IMG/VR virus record: IMGVR_UViG_3300045988_117041
Length of the DNA: 64,000 bases
Strand: one strand, 5' to 3'
From: a virus
The position numbers and the translations under genes were made by a program. Positions 1 through 8,802 of the stretch are shown piece after piece. The notes under the pieces are model-generated. The model made no database searches. It saw only the letters and a program-made list of their open reading frames with translations, and had not been told where the DNA came from. The first letter of the stretch is position 1. Each line of letters opens with the position of its first letter.

Positions 1-382
1 ATTTTGGTGTTTTGAGACCGTTTTTGAGGACATTTAAGGTGTGTTTGTCCGTACAGGAAAGACGTGTCTATTTTTCACATAGGTAATTTTCAAAAAAAGA
101 CCAAAAGTTTACATCTATTGTTATCTCACCCCGGGAATTTTCGACACTTTTATCAAAAAATAACAGTAATACTAAACTTTACATAGGACTGGATTATAAG
201 TGTTTCTGACACCATGAGGAAACACCAAAGTGTGTTAGGAAGGTGTTTTTGTACGCCATAGAAAGACATAGGTGTAAACACCAAACCAACACCAAAATTA
301 GGACACCTAACACAGTCATTGATTGGGTGTTGGTGTTGTCCTAACACTGTGTTGACACACTAAAAGACCAACACGAAAACAC

Positions 383-411
383 TAGACAAACACCAAAAAG
401 GATGATACACT
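383..411 (+). promoter_or_regulatory. early promoter (TAGACA-N17-TACACT, TGn-extended -10)
   Basis: TAGACA 383-388, 17-nt spacer starting AACACCAAAA, TACACT 406-411 preceded by TGA. About 60 nt upstream of the 470 ATG. Confidence 0.5.
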
Positions 412-469
412 AGACATCACGTAGTACCTTTACAACCACATATTCATTATTGAAAGAGAGGGTCTTATT

Positions 470-799
470 ATGAAAATTAAATCACCCGGCACAGTTTTAC
501 ACACAAACACCGAAACACAGGTAAAACCTAGTGTTATAACACCAGATAACACACCGCCAGACACTATTGAGTGGTGTCAATGTCGTTGTTACGAACGTGT
601 TATGAGGTGTTGTGATTGTCACCAAAAGATAGACACTGCTTTTCATTATAATCACTACTTGTCCAAACACAGTGACGACCAGGGTTATTGGTGGCGTTTC
701 TTTTGTCCCGCGTGTTATGAAAAACACAAAGATGATACAGACCTAGAGACACTGTATAGGACACACGAAAGTTGTTGTTTACCAGATGAATTTGAGTAA
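470..799 (+). CDS. hypothetical early protein, Cys-rich (putative zinc-binding)
   Basis: 109-aa ORF with purine-rich SD gaaagagaggg upstream of the ATG. Contains CQCRC, CCDC and CPAC clusters. A hairpin follows at about 808-842. Confidence 0.6.
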   Translation: MKIKSPGTVLHTNTETQVKPSVITPDNTPPDTIEWCQCRCYERVMRCCDCHQKIDTAFHYNHYLSKHSDDQGYWWRFFCPACYEKHKDDTDLETLYRTHESCCLPDEFE

Positions 800-915
800 T
801 ACCATTAAAGCGGCGCACATTTAATTTAGTGTGACCGCTTTTCTTATGCCCGCCAGACGCACTAGAACGTCCATAAAGACCGGGAATAGCAGTGTTTAAC
901 ACAATGTACGTGGGT

Positions 916-944
916 TTGCATAATGTGTGTATTTGTGCTATACT
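916..944 (+). promoter_or_regulatory. promoter TTGCAT-N17-TATACT
   Basis: TTGCAT 916-921, exact 17-nt spacer, TATACT 939-944. Lies upstream of the 985 ATG. Confidence 0.6.
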
Positions 945-984
945 ATGTGTAGTTGATAGAGACATAGAAAAGGAGAGCGATACA

Positions 985-1680
985 ATGAAAAAGACACTTA
1001 AACCTAGGGAGACCAGCACAGACTTTACAGACACATGGGTCATCATTAAAGGACAATATAACAATCTCAAAGGTGTTGATTCCTTTAACCCAGAAGACCC
1101 CACAACACATGAATGGTATCAGGCAATGGACCGAAACACCTATCACACAGTGGCGTGTGGGTCTAACTTTGAAAATGTTATTCGTGGCCTAATGAATAAT
1201 GTGAAGGGATTTAAGACACAAGAGGCGTACTATAAGTTCCTGGGTGAGACCACCACTGAGGACTACTACCGTGTACACTTTTTAGGTATGCCACCATACA
1301 GTGTGAGAGAGAAAGAGGTGATGGCGAAGGAAGGTGTTTCGTGTGCTGTGTCAACACCCATGAAAGACCTGTACAAGCAGGTGGTGGACGCGTATGGTGA
1401 TTACTACTACGAAGAAGTAGAAGACGCTGTGGCGAGGGCTTACCGTGAGTTATACGCAAGTACACGAAAGACCGCCAGGGGCAGTGTTAAGAAGACCAAA
1501 CTGGTGGCAAAGAAAACACCCAAGCCTACACCAACACCACAGAGGAACGGAGCGACTAAGAAGACTGTACTAAAGCCAAAGAAGGAGCCGGAGTATTTAA
1601 TATTAGAAGAACCTGCAACACCAAAGGTAACACTTAAAAAGAATAAGATTAAGTTGTCCTTGAAACACAGGAGGACATAA
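985..1680 (+). CDS. hypothetical early protein with Lys-rich basic C-terminal tail
   Basis: The ATG at 985 is preceded by aaaaggagag, in frame with track ORF 892-1680. Upstream codons overlap the promoter, so 985 is preferred as the start. Confidence 0.6.
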   Translation: MKKTLKPRETSTDFTDTWVIIKGQYNNLKGVDSFNPEDPTTHEWYQAMDRNTYHTVACGSNFENVIRGLMNNVKGFKTQEAYYKFLGETTTEDYYRVHFLGMPPYSVREKEVMAKEGVSCAVSTPMKDLYKQVVDAYGDYYYEEVEDAVARAYRELYASTRKTARGSVKKTKLVAKKTPKPTPTPQRNGATKKTVLKPKKEPEYLILEEPATPKVTLKKNKIKLSLKHRRT

Positions 1681-1686
1681 CACCAC

Positions 1687-1725
1687 AAGACCATCTTACT
1701 GTATAGGTAGGGTGGTCTTTCTTAT
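1687..1725 (+). terminator. hairpin terminator
   Basis: aagacca (1687-1693) pairs with tggtctt (1713-1719), followed by a T-rich run. Confidence 0.5.
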
Positions 1726-1838
1726 TATATACGCGCACACGTATACACGCGTGTTTAGTGTGTTTTGTGCAATGTGTCCAGTGTTTGTGAGTGTGTTTGT
1801 GCACTTGTACTAAAAGCGATAAAACACCAAAAAACACA

Positions 1839-1867
1839 TTGACAAACACCAAAATGGTCTATATACT
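1839..1867 (+). promoter_or_regulatory. early promoter TTGACA-N17-TATACT
   Basis: TTGACA 1839-1844, spacer begins AACACCAAAA, TATACT 1862-1867. Confidence 0.65.
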
Positions 1868-1935
1868 TGACGTAGAAACACCAAACAACACAACACCAAG
1901 AGCGTGAGAAACGCTAGAAAGAGAGAGAGAAGACC

Positions 1936-2169
1936 ATGACTGAATTTTGTGAGTACACAACACCTTTAACAGCTGATGAAATGACCGCACTCGCTGAGAT
2001 TATCGCCTCCGTGAAAGCGCGTGTTGAAAAAGAAGTAAAAGAACTTTATCCACAGAACATGACAGACCCGGTTAAGTCAAAGTATTTTGTTCGTTCTTTT
2101 ACCATTGATTCAATCCATCAGGAGACCATGACGCTGTACAAGTTTCTTGTTAACAACAAATTGATTTAA
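1936..2169 (+). CDS. hypothetical protein (77 aa)
   Basis: ORF with purine-rich SD agaaagagagagag. A leader hairpin at 1901-1915 abuts the SD. Confidence 0.6.
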   Translation: MTEFCEYTTPLTADEMTALAEIIASVKARVEKEVKELYPQNMTDPVKSKYFVRSFTIDSIHQETMTLYKFLVNNKLI

Positions 2170-2230
2170 CACCAAAAGACCGGGCGGGTTGAAACACACC
2201 CGCTCAAACACTAGAAAAGGAGATTAGATT

Positions 2231-2707
2231 ATGCAAGACTTTGGAATGTTAGCACATTGTGTTAGAAACAACAAGACCAGTGACAAGACCGCAAGCGGTT
2301 CCGTTATGAACACCACCATGTATGCGAAGGTAGGTAAAGAGAAACGTTCCGTGTGCGAAGTGAACCAGTTTTCAAGTGGCAATGAACGTGTGTCACAGTT
2401 CTCATTTAGTGACCGGGCAGGTATTAGTTCCGCACTCACTGTCATTGTGAATGAAGAAACGGGTGTCACCACCTGCAAACACCCTCATGTTGTGTGTGAG
2501 GATGGGTGGGTGTTAAAGAACCTCGACATATTCCAGAAGGTGTATCTAGTGACAGACCCCGCAGATGTACCCAAGTGGTTTAATGATATGTTCCTTGAAA
2601 TTATGGACAGATTACTGTATGATTGTGAGTGTGACGATTTACCGGAAATTCTTGTGAACGTCCGTGACTATATCAGTGGGTTATCAAGACCCGTAGGAAA
2701 GGAGTAG
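2231..2707 (+). CDS. hypothetical protein (158 aa)
   Basis: SD aaaaggaga lies 8 nt upstream of the ATG. Tightly packed against the next gene. Confidence 0.6.
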   Translation: MQDFGMLAHCVRNNKTSDKTASGSVMNTTMYAKVGKEKRSVCEVNQFSSGNERVSQFSFSDRAGISSALTVIVNEETGVTTCKHPHVVCEDGWVLKNLDIFQKVYLVTDPADVPKWFNDMFLEIMDRLLYDCECDDLPEILVNVRDYISGLSRPVGKE

Positions 2708-2709
2708 TT

Positions 2710-3129
2710 ATGAGTAAAGACTACATTAAAATATCACCCAAACATGGGGTGAATCCCTCAATGATTATTTGTCCGTATTGCAGAGAGCCGAAAGGTATTG
2801 CACTCATGGGAAGACTACCACAAGACCGTGAAGCACCAAAAGAGGTCATTGCAGACTATGAACCGTGTGACAACTGTAAGAAACTGTTTGCCGGAGGTGT
2901 GTTGTGTTTGGACACCGTAGAAGTACCTACGTTTGAAAACCAGCAACCAGTGTTTGAGGACAAGAATATTAAACTCTATCCGACATTCAGGTTCATGGTG
3001 TTGAATAAAGAGTTTGTGAAGGACAACTTTAACATAAGTGACGACCAGGACACCATGGTTATGGCCCATCAAGCGTTCGACCATTTGTACAGTCAGATAC
3101 AGTCTTTCATGGAACCCGTAGAAAATTAA
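2710..3129 (+). CDS. hypothetical protein with CxxC...CxxC zinc-ribbon-like motif
   Basis: SD gaaaggag. Contains CPYC and CDNC pairs. The start lies 2 nt after the upstream stop. Confidence 0.65.
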   Translation: MSKDYIKISPKHGVNPSMIICPYCREPKGIALMGRLPQDREAPKEVIADYEPCDNCKKLFAGGVLCLDTVEVPTFENQQPVFEDKNIKLYPTFRFMVLNKEFVKDNFNISDDQDTMVMAHQAFDHLYSQIQSFMEPVEN

Positions 3130-3149
3130 ATGTTTTAACGTGCACACTA

Positions 3150-3179
3150 TTGACAGTGTTTTAGGACGTGTATTATAGT
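3150..3179 (+). promoter_or_regulatory. promoter TTGACA + AT-rich -10 (TATTATAGT)
   Basis: TTGACA 3150-3155. The -10 candidates within tattatagt give a 15-18 nt spacer. Confidence 0.5.
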
Positions 3180-3263
3180 GTGTACTGTAAAGCACTTAAC
3201 GAGTGCTAGGTAACACAACCACATATTATATAGTGCGCAAGAGTGCGCAGAAAGGACAAGACT

Positions 3264-3674
3264 ATGTTAAAATCAAAGAAACTGAAACCGAGGTTAAATG
3301 TAAAGAGAGCGTTAGACATGGAGAAAGAAGCACCAAAAGCCGAGAGTAAGAAAAAGACTAAATTCGAGGACAAGTACACACCAGAATTTGACCCGGTAGA
3401 GGTCGTAATGAGTGATAAGTACAAACTTATCCTTACCGTCCAGAGAGACAATGAAAATGGTCTGTTAGAATTGGACATACGCACATATCAGACCACAGAC
3501 CTGTACACAGGGTTTACTAAGAAGGGTGTTCGTGTCCCGTTAGAGAAAGTGGCTAACCTTGAATCCGCATTATATGACATATTAGAGAAGTGCGAGGAAC
3601 ATGACCTCATGGAAGAAGCATTTGAGTATGAAGAATGTGGTGCCAGAGAGTATGCGGAATCATACGAGGAATAA
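3264..3674 (+). CDS. hypothetical protein, basic N-terminus and acidic C-terminus
   Basis: The ATG at 3264 follows gaaagga. The upstream part of track ORF 3243 overlaps leader hairpin 3234-3249. Confidence 0.6.
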   Translation: MLKSKKLKPRLNVKRALDMEKEAPKAESKKKTKFEDKYTPEFDPVEVVMSDKYKLILTVQRDNENGLLELDIRTYQTTDLYTGFTKKGVRVPLEKVANLESALYDILEKCEEHDLMEEAFEYEECGAREYAESYEE

Positions 3675-3696
3675 TGGAATAAATGTACCTATAACA

Positions 3697-3742
3697 AGAC
3701 ACGCTATGAGCACAAGAAAGACCGCTGTAGCGTGTCTTTTTG
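3697..3742 (+). terminator. rho-independent terminator
   Basis: Perfect 10-bp stem: agacacgcta 3697-3706 pairs with tagcgtgtct 3728-3737. A TTTTT run follows. Confidence 0.8.
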
Positions 3743-4097
3743 TTGTCTTGCTACACTACAGCCCACACAACGCATTACAAGCCATTTCCAGCCCTTTTGT
3801 GTGTCTTACCCTAACCACATATCACCTAACACGCCTAAATGCCGTTTACGTGCCTTGTAGTGCGTCACAGACCATAAACACCGCATACACACATACACAT
3901 ACGCGCACATATACGCGCGTGACGCATTGTACACCACATAGACCCGTCTTATTTAATCCACCTGCATTTATTCCCACAACACCAAAACAAGACCACATAA
4001 CCGCAAATTTTAAACACTAAAAACACCCGCAAACCTTGTAAATACGTTGTTTTCCGCATTTTGTGTGAATGTCCACAAAATTTATTGCAAAAAAGTG

Positions 4098-4126
4098 TTG
4101 ACAACACCAAACACCAGTGATAAGAT
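4098..4126 (+). promoter_or_regulatory. early promoter TTGACA-N17-TAAGAT
   Basis: TTGACA 4098-4103, spacer begins ACACCAAAC, TAAGAT 4121-4126. Confidence 0.6.
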
Positions 4127-4207
4127 ATAGCCAGAAACACAAACAACCACACACAAGCAACACCAAAATTTCACAGTGCGCTAGAGCGCAAGAAAGAGAG
4201 TAAGATT

Positions 4208-5032
4208 ATGACAAAGACAAACACAACCAACAACGCAACCGTAAACACAAACACCAACACCAACGCAATCAACAACACCAACGCAAAGAAAGCAACTATC
4301 CCCACTATGAGCAAAGAGACCATGCAGAGCAAGACCAACAAAGACTTGCGCGATTATATCGACAACTACTTTACTGACAAGGTACTTGCCCGCTACAACA
4401 TGACGCGCCCCAACGATAAAGCCAAAAAAGCCGATTTGATTGACTTTATCACTAGTGTATATGACGCAATTCGCAACAAAAATACACAGACCGCCCCCGT
4501 TGCCGCGTCCGCAAAACCCGCACCTACTAAAAAACCTGTTCCCGCGAAAAAGACCGCACCCGCAAAGACCGACAAAAAAGACCAGTCCGAACCTGTAGAG
4601 ACCCAAACGAGAACCAGCCGAAAAGAGCGCGAACTTGCCACTAAGTTCCCCGACTTTATCGAGAGACAGGTAGACGACACCATGGTGAAGTATACTAAGT
4701 GTGATGACCTGTACCACACGGTTGATGATATTCGTAAAGCGTCCGAAGACGGCTACACCATTCTGTTTGCTTGCTTCTGGTCTCCCCGTCTGTTGAAACA
4801 GTTTGATTACAAGGCACAGTTTGATGTTGACAGTGTTCCTAAAGCGTTCCCTGATAACCTGGACGTGGCAGAGTTGTTGCTCACCTGTGACACAATGCCT
4901 AAACTGTTCGCCCTGTCACTTGAGACCGAAGCCATGTATGCGTTCCGGGAAGAAGACTTAGAACCTGTAGATGGGATTAGAGTGTCCGCCGGGTTAGAGT
5001 TTGAGATTTACCAGCACAAAGACGCCGAGTAG
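4208..5032 (+). CDS. hypothetical protein with N/T-rich low-complexity N-terminus and P/A/K-rich linker
   Basis: 274-aa ORF with SD agaaagagag. Leader hairpin at 4177-4190. Confidence 0.65.
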   Translation: MTKTNTTNNATVNTNTNTNAINNTNAKKATIPTMSKETMQSKTNKDLRDYIDNYFTDKVLARYNMTRPNDKAKKADLIDFITSVYDAIRNKNTQTAPVAASAKPAPTKKPVPAKKTAPAKTDKKDQSEPVETQTRTSRKERELATKFPDFIERQVDDTMVKYTKCDDLYHTVDDIRKASEDGYTILFACFWSPRLLKQFDYKAQFDVDSVPKAFPDNLDVAELLLTCDTMPKLFALSLETEAMYAFREEDLEPVDGIRVSAGLEFEIYQHKDAE

Positions 5033-5046
5033 TTAGAGCGTAAACC

Positions 5047-5067
5047 GGGAGGGTGAAATTCCCTCCC
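5047..5067 (+). terminator. GC-rich hairpin (possible terminator, no U-tract)
   Basis: gggaggg 5047-5053 pairs with ccctccc 5061-5067. Confidence 0.4.
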
Positions 5068-5111
5068 ACCTAAACCAAAAGACCAACACACATAGAGAGG
5101 GAGGACTTCTA

Positions 5112-5555
5112 ATGAAAACCACAAACACTACTTTGCTTGACGCATTAAAGACCATCAACACCGTGACCGAGGACTACAGCGTGACTATCTACGTTGAGGA
5201 AGGCTACAGGCATTATGATTTAACAGACCAGCGCGATATGTGGTTCTGTGTGAGAATCATTGAAACCGCCGACCAGCAGGAAATCTCCATTGCCGAGGCC
5301 GCAGAGCAGTACATGAACTATGTTGAAATCGAAGGATGTGCACACCGCTGTACACAATGCGCACATTGCTACAAGGGCAAGTGCATGATGTACAAACACA
5401 ATAACCAGACATGGGACGAATATCTGAAAGACATTGAACCTAAGACCGTTCTGTCAAAAGAAATCATTAAGTTGGCGAACTCCGTAGAAGGTGAGCAAGA
5501 CGATAAGTTGCTTGTAACCGATTTAATCGCACTTGCAGAAAAGGAGGGAGCATGA
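5112..5555 (+). CDS. hypothetical protein with Cys cluster
   Basis: SD gagagggagga. Contains CAHRCTQCAHCYKGKC. Confidence 0.6.
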   Translation: MKTTNTTLLDALKTINTVTEDYSVTIYVEEGYRHYDLTDQRDMWFCVRIIETADQQEISIAEAAEQYMNYVEIEGCAHRCTQCAHCYKGKCMMYKHNNQTWDEYLKDIEPKTVLSKEIIKLANSVEGEQDDKLLVTDLIALAEKEGA

Positions 5556-5752
5556 GAGTTATGACAAAATGGTTAAATGTTGAATTAGAGAAAGACCTTG
5601 CCGATAAGTTAAGAACTTATTTAAAGGAACAGGAAATCACATTTGAGACTTCACAAGCTGGCGACCTCACCCACTTTGAAATCCTTGTAACAAGCCGGGA
5701 TATGAAAATCGCAATAAACCGCGCATTACTAAAATTTGAGATAGACCAGTAA
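5552..5752 (+). CDS. hypothetical protein (66 aa)
   Basis: ATGA overlap with the upstream gene and SD aaaggaggg. Confidence 0.5.
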   Translation: MRVMTKWLNVELEKDLADKLRTYLKEQEITFETSQAGDLTHFEILVTSRDMKIAINRALLKFEIDQ

Positions 5753-5759
5753 AAACAAT

Positions 5760-6660
5760 ATAGACACCTATATGGGCGGTACTTATAATAGACCACTATA
5801 TAAGGTGTCTTTTATATGGTGCCCCATATGTGATTTTGCGCTGAAAGTTTCGGCCTACAAAAGAAGGTATTTAACACCCATATATTAAACACAATATACA
5901 CCCTATTAGTCCTTTAATATAAGCTCCTATATAAAGCTCCACAATGCACATATACAGCCCCTATATACATAGTGTGTATAAGTGTGCGCTGAAATTTTAA
6001 ACACGCCCTACGTGCCGTGTGTGCGTCCTGTCATGTGTGTTGTGTTTGCATAAACATTTGTAATTGTTCAATTAGTTTTAAGTGTTGCATTAAGTCCAGC
6101 AATTCCAGACGCAAGACCACCCTTAAGTCACCCTGTACACCACCATACACGCTACCTAGTGTCACAGACTAGGAAATGAAAATGTAGGATAGGTAGATAG
6201 TGTGTTCCCATAGTGTATAGACCCCACCCATTAAGTCCAACTCACACAAGGTAATGTTAAGTCCTGCCATGTAAAATTCCTGCCATATTCCCTTCTATAT
6301 AACACCCTCTGTAACGTCCTGCAATCGTGTTTCCTGCCCTTCTACCCCTATACCCTATACAATGTTCCATAACACCCATAAACATCCGTAAGACGCCGGA
6401 TAAATGATACTCATATCATAATGTGTACATTCATACAAAAACACCATATACGAAGAAATGAGCGCGATATTTAATAACACTAAAACGTCTGAAAGCTGTG
6501 ATAGGTGCGTAATGCTGAAATATGTACCTAAAGACTGATTTAATATAGTGTTTAGTGTGTTTTTAATTACCCGGAATCGAGTGAGAGAAGGTTGCGACAG
6601 CACCTTCCTCGATACTCGTCCGCTCGTGCGCCTACGCACGTAGGTGCGCGTGTGCGGATA
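5760..6660. repeat. ORF-free, iteron-like repeat-dense region
   Basis: At least 7 CCTATA(T/C)A-type motifs, 4 copies of TTAAGTC(C/A) (6090-6264), 3 copies of TCCTGCC (6262-6338), 2 copies of TGCGCTGAAA(G/T)TTT (5837, 5985), and GC-rich hairpins at 6571-6655. Confidence 0.6.
5762..5814 (+). terminator. hairpin terminator closing the early module
   Basis: agacacct 5762-5769 pairs with aggtgtct 5803-5810. TTTTA follows. Confidence 0.55.
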
Positions 6661-6790
6661 AATCTTTTTCTTTTTTTCTAATTAATCTTTTATTTATTAT
6701 CTTTTCTTTTGTGTTACTTTTCTTTTCGTTTCTTGTTTGTCTATTAAACCTCTTTTCTTTCTTTTTCTGTGCCACTTTTTCCAGATAGTA
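6661..6790 (+). repeat. polypyrimidine (T/C) tract of about 130 nt
   Basis: Almost purine-free + strand with CTTTTCTTT-type motifs. Sits directly upstream of the promoter at 6822. Confidence 0.7.
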
Positions 6791-6821
6791 AACAATTATT
6801 TACCATTTTGGAGAGAGCAAT

Positions 6822-6850
6822 TTGACAGGTTGTTTGTTTGATGTTAAAAT
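6822..6850 (+). promoter_or_regulatory. promoter TTGACA-N17-TAAAAT (TGn-extended)
   Basis: TTGACA 6822-6827, TAAAAT 6845-6850 preceded by TGT. Confidence 0.65.
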
Positions 6851-6895
6851 GTGTCTTACGTTAAAGTTTTGTTTGTGAAAGCGAGGTGGTGAAAG

Positions 6896-7321
6896 TTGTT
6901 TGACATTCCGAAATACGAACCTGTCCAGGAGGACGAGTTGGTGTTGTTTGAAATGAGTGAAGCAGAGAAAGAGTGTTCCAAGTTAATGCAAGTGCATTTG
7001 TGGTTATCAGAACTGCGGGACAAATATGATTTTAGTGTTCCGAAAAGCATTACATATCCAGAAGGTGTTTGTGTTGATGAAGGTGTTTCACTGTTCAACT
7101 CAAAAGTGTGTTCATTTGTCAGTGTTGAAGACTGGTCTAGTGAACGACTTGAAAAAGAGGGAGTGTTCCCGGATTGTGTCTGTGTTGACTTAGACCAGTA
7201 TGGGAATTTACCTTTAGTGATGTATGAGGTGTTAAAGAAAGTTAGTGTTGCAGAGTGTAAAGACGTGTTAGTAGGATTACCCGTTTGGGTCATGGAGGAA
7301 AATGATGAAGATAAAAATTAG
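6896..7321 (+). CDS. hypothetical acidic protein (141 aa)
   Basis: TTG start with SD gaggtgg upstream. Confidence 0.5.
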   Translation: MFDIPKYEPVQEDELVLFEMSEAEKECSKLMQVHLWLSELRDKYDFSVPKSITYPEGVCVDEGVSLFNSKVCSFVSVEDWSSERLEKEGVFPDCVCVDLDQYGNLPLVMYEVLKKVSVAECKDVLVGLPVWVMEENDEDKN

Positions 7322-7541
7322 TGAGAGGGACATTATATCAACTAATCCCATTACAAACCTTGAATTAATTAAGTGCGGCGAAGATTTTATAAACGCAGTT
7401 AAGGATAGAAATATTGTTGTGGACAAAGTTATTTCTACCGGGTGTGTTTTGTTTACGAAGGTGTGTTATTTTGCCTTTGTTTTAGGAAGGAAGAAGTTTC
7501 TTAAATCACACTTTGACACCCAGAAGGACAGCAAGTTTTAA
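7302..7541 (+). CDS. hypothetical protein (79 aa)
   Basis: SD ggagga before ATGATG. Overlaps the upstream gene by 20 nt. Confidence 0.45.
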   Translation: MMKIKISERDIISTNPITNLELIKCGEDFINAVKDRNIVVDKVISTGCVLFTKVCYFAFVLGRKKFLKSHFDTQKDSKF

Positions 7542-7559
7542 GGAGAAGGTTAAATACAA

Positions 7560-7919
7560 ATGACGTTGAGAGAATTAGATATTAAGTGGGGACCGATTGA
7601 GTTTTCGTCTTGTACTGAAAATGGTGAAGACATGAAACAGTTTTTCCGGGAGTTTAGAGTTGCGTTGTTTAGTGAGTGTCTTAAAAAACACTTGATTAGT
7701 AAGTGTAGTTTGGGACATTATTATATTTCCGGTGAAATTTTAGATAAGCATGGTAACAGTGTTTACTACTGCATATCTGATGTGCGCACACATACAAGAC
7801 TATACCCGTTTAAGGTCATGTACCGCAAAGACAATAAGTCACCTAACCAGTGGTGTTGTCTTGCAGACCTCCCCAGTAAAGCGGGAGAGTACATAAAGAA
7901 GGAGTGTGTCTCATGTTGA
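7560..7919 (+). CDS. hypothetical protein (119 aa)
   Basis: SD aaggagaagg 10 nt upstream. Confidence 0.55.
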   Translation: MTLRELDIKWGPIEFSSCTENGEDMKQFFREFRVALFSECLKKHLISKCSLGHYYISGEILDKHGNSVYYCISDVRTHTRLYPFKVMYRKDNKSPNQWCCLADLPSKAGEYIKKECVSC

Positions 7920-8143
7920 TAGGTATACTTCCGTATGTTAGGATATTCACCATTGTGGTAGCTGTAGCCTTGTATTTATTTGTGTGGTGGTATCTGTACA
8001 AACACTTTGACGAATTTGTCCGCACAGGTTATGGTTATCCGTGTTTTGAAAGATTCATGGGTTATTTTTATTTTGTGTGGATAATGATTCATGCGTTAGC
8101 TGTGTTTGGTGTTTGTGTCTATGCGTGGTTAGTAGTTCTATAA
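7904..8143 (+). CDS. small membrane protein (2 predicted TM segments)
   Basis: Two long hydrophobic stretches. SD aaggag upstream. Confidence 0.5.
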   Translation: MCLMLIGILPYVRIFTIVVAVALYLFVWWYLYKHFDEFVRTGYGYPCFERFMGYFYFVWIMIHALAVFGVCVYAWLVVL

Positions 8144-8163
8144 ATTACAAAAGGAGAATAGTT

Positions 8164-8784
8164 ATGTTAAACAGAAGTAGAAGAAGGGAAATTGAAGAAA
8201 GACTTAAAAAAGGAACCATGAATCCCGGATATTTGAATAGTCTGTCCGTAAATGACCTAGCGTCATTATGTCATGCGTTAGGTGTTGAGACTACACACAA
8301 GCGCACAGATATGGTAAACGCCTTATTGCGTCTGAATGGTAAGAGTGTCAAGGTTCCTTCCGCGCCGACCTATAACGTGTCCCGTGACGGTCTTAATGAA
8401 ATGATTCTTGAATGTCTCAATGACCCCACCAACCCGGCAACCGCTAAAATGCGGGAGGAAATATCAGAGACCCTTGTGGTTGCAATGCTGTTTGTGTTGC
8501 GCAATAAGTATGGTTTTGCACAGAAACGTATTGACGGCTTTCTGAAAGAATTTAATGACGTGACAGACGGTATCACCAGCGGACAGTTAAGTCTTTCCGA
8601 AATGCACAAGGAGATTGCGAAGCCATATAAAGACGGTAAGTGTAACCTTAAGATTAGGTACGAGAGTGGCCCAGTCAATAATTGGATAAGGAATGAAGTG
8701 TCTGAGACTATTGCAGGTATGAAGACATTAGGTTGTATATCCTGTCCATTTAAAGAAACCAGGAATAGTGGTGTTGACAACTGA
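8164..8784 (+). CDS. hypothetical protein with SAP/HeH-like motif
   Basis: The ATG at 8164 follows aaaaggaga. Contains the motif VNDLASLCHALGVETTHKRTDMVNALLRL. Confidence 0.6.
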   Translation: MLNRSRRREIEERLKKGTMNPGYLNSLSVNDLASLCHALGVETTHKRTDMVNALLRLNGKSVKVPSAPTYNVSRDGLNEMILECLNDPTNPATAKMREEISETLVVAMLFVLRNKYGFAQKRIDGFLKEFNDVTDGITSGQLSLSEMHKEIAKPYKDGKCNLKIRYESGPVNNWIRNEVSETIAGMKTLGCISCPFKETRNSGVDN

Positions 8785-8802
8785 TTTTTAATGTGATATA
8801 CT
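8774..8802 (+). promoter_or_regulatory. promoter TTGACA-N17-TATACT driving a non-coding unit
   Basis: TTGACA 8774-8779 lies inside the 3' end of the upstream CDS. TATACT 8797-8802. Confidence 0.7.

Noticed and set aside
3601-4020. 139-aa + strand ORF
   Set aside because: It overlaps the end of gene 3264-3674 in another frame. It then crosses a strong terminator (3697-3742) into repeat-rich intergenic DNA.
5760-6400. Possible CRISPR array, given the many short repeats
   Set aside because: The repeats are only 7-14 nt, irregularly spaced and of several unrelated types. There is no repeat-spacer periodicity and there are no cas genes.
6355-6639. 94-aa minus-strand ORF inside the ORF-free region
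   Set aside because: It has no SD and an odd composition. It overlaps the repeat motifs and GC hairpins, so the region is better explained as non-coding.
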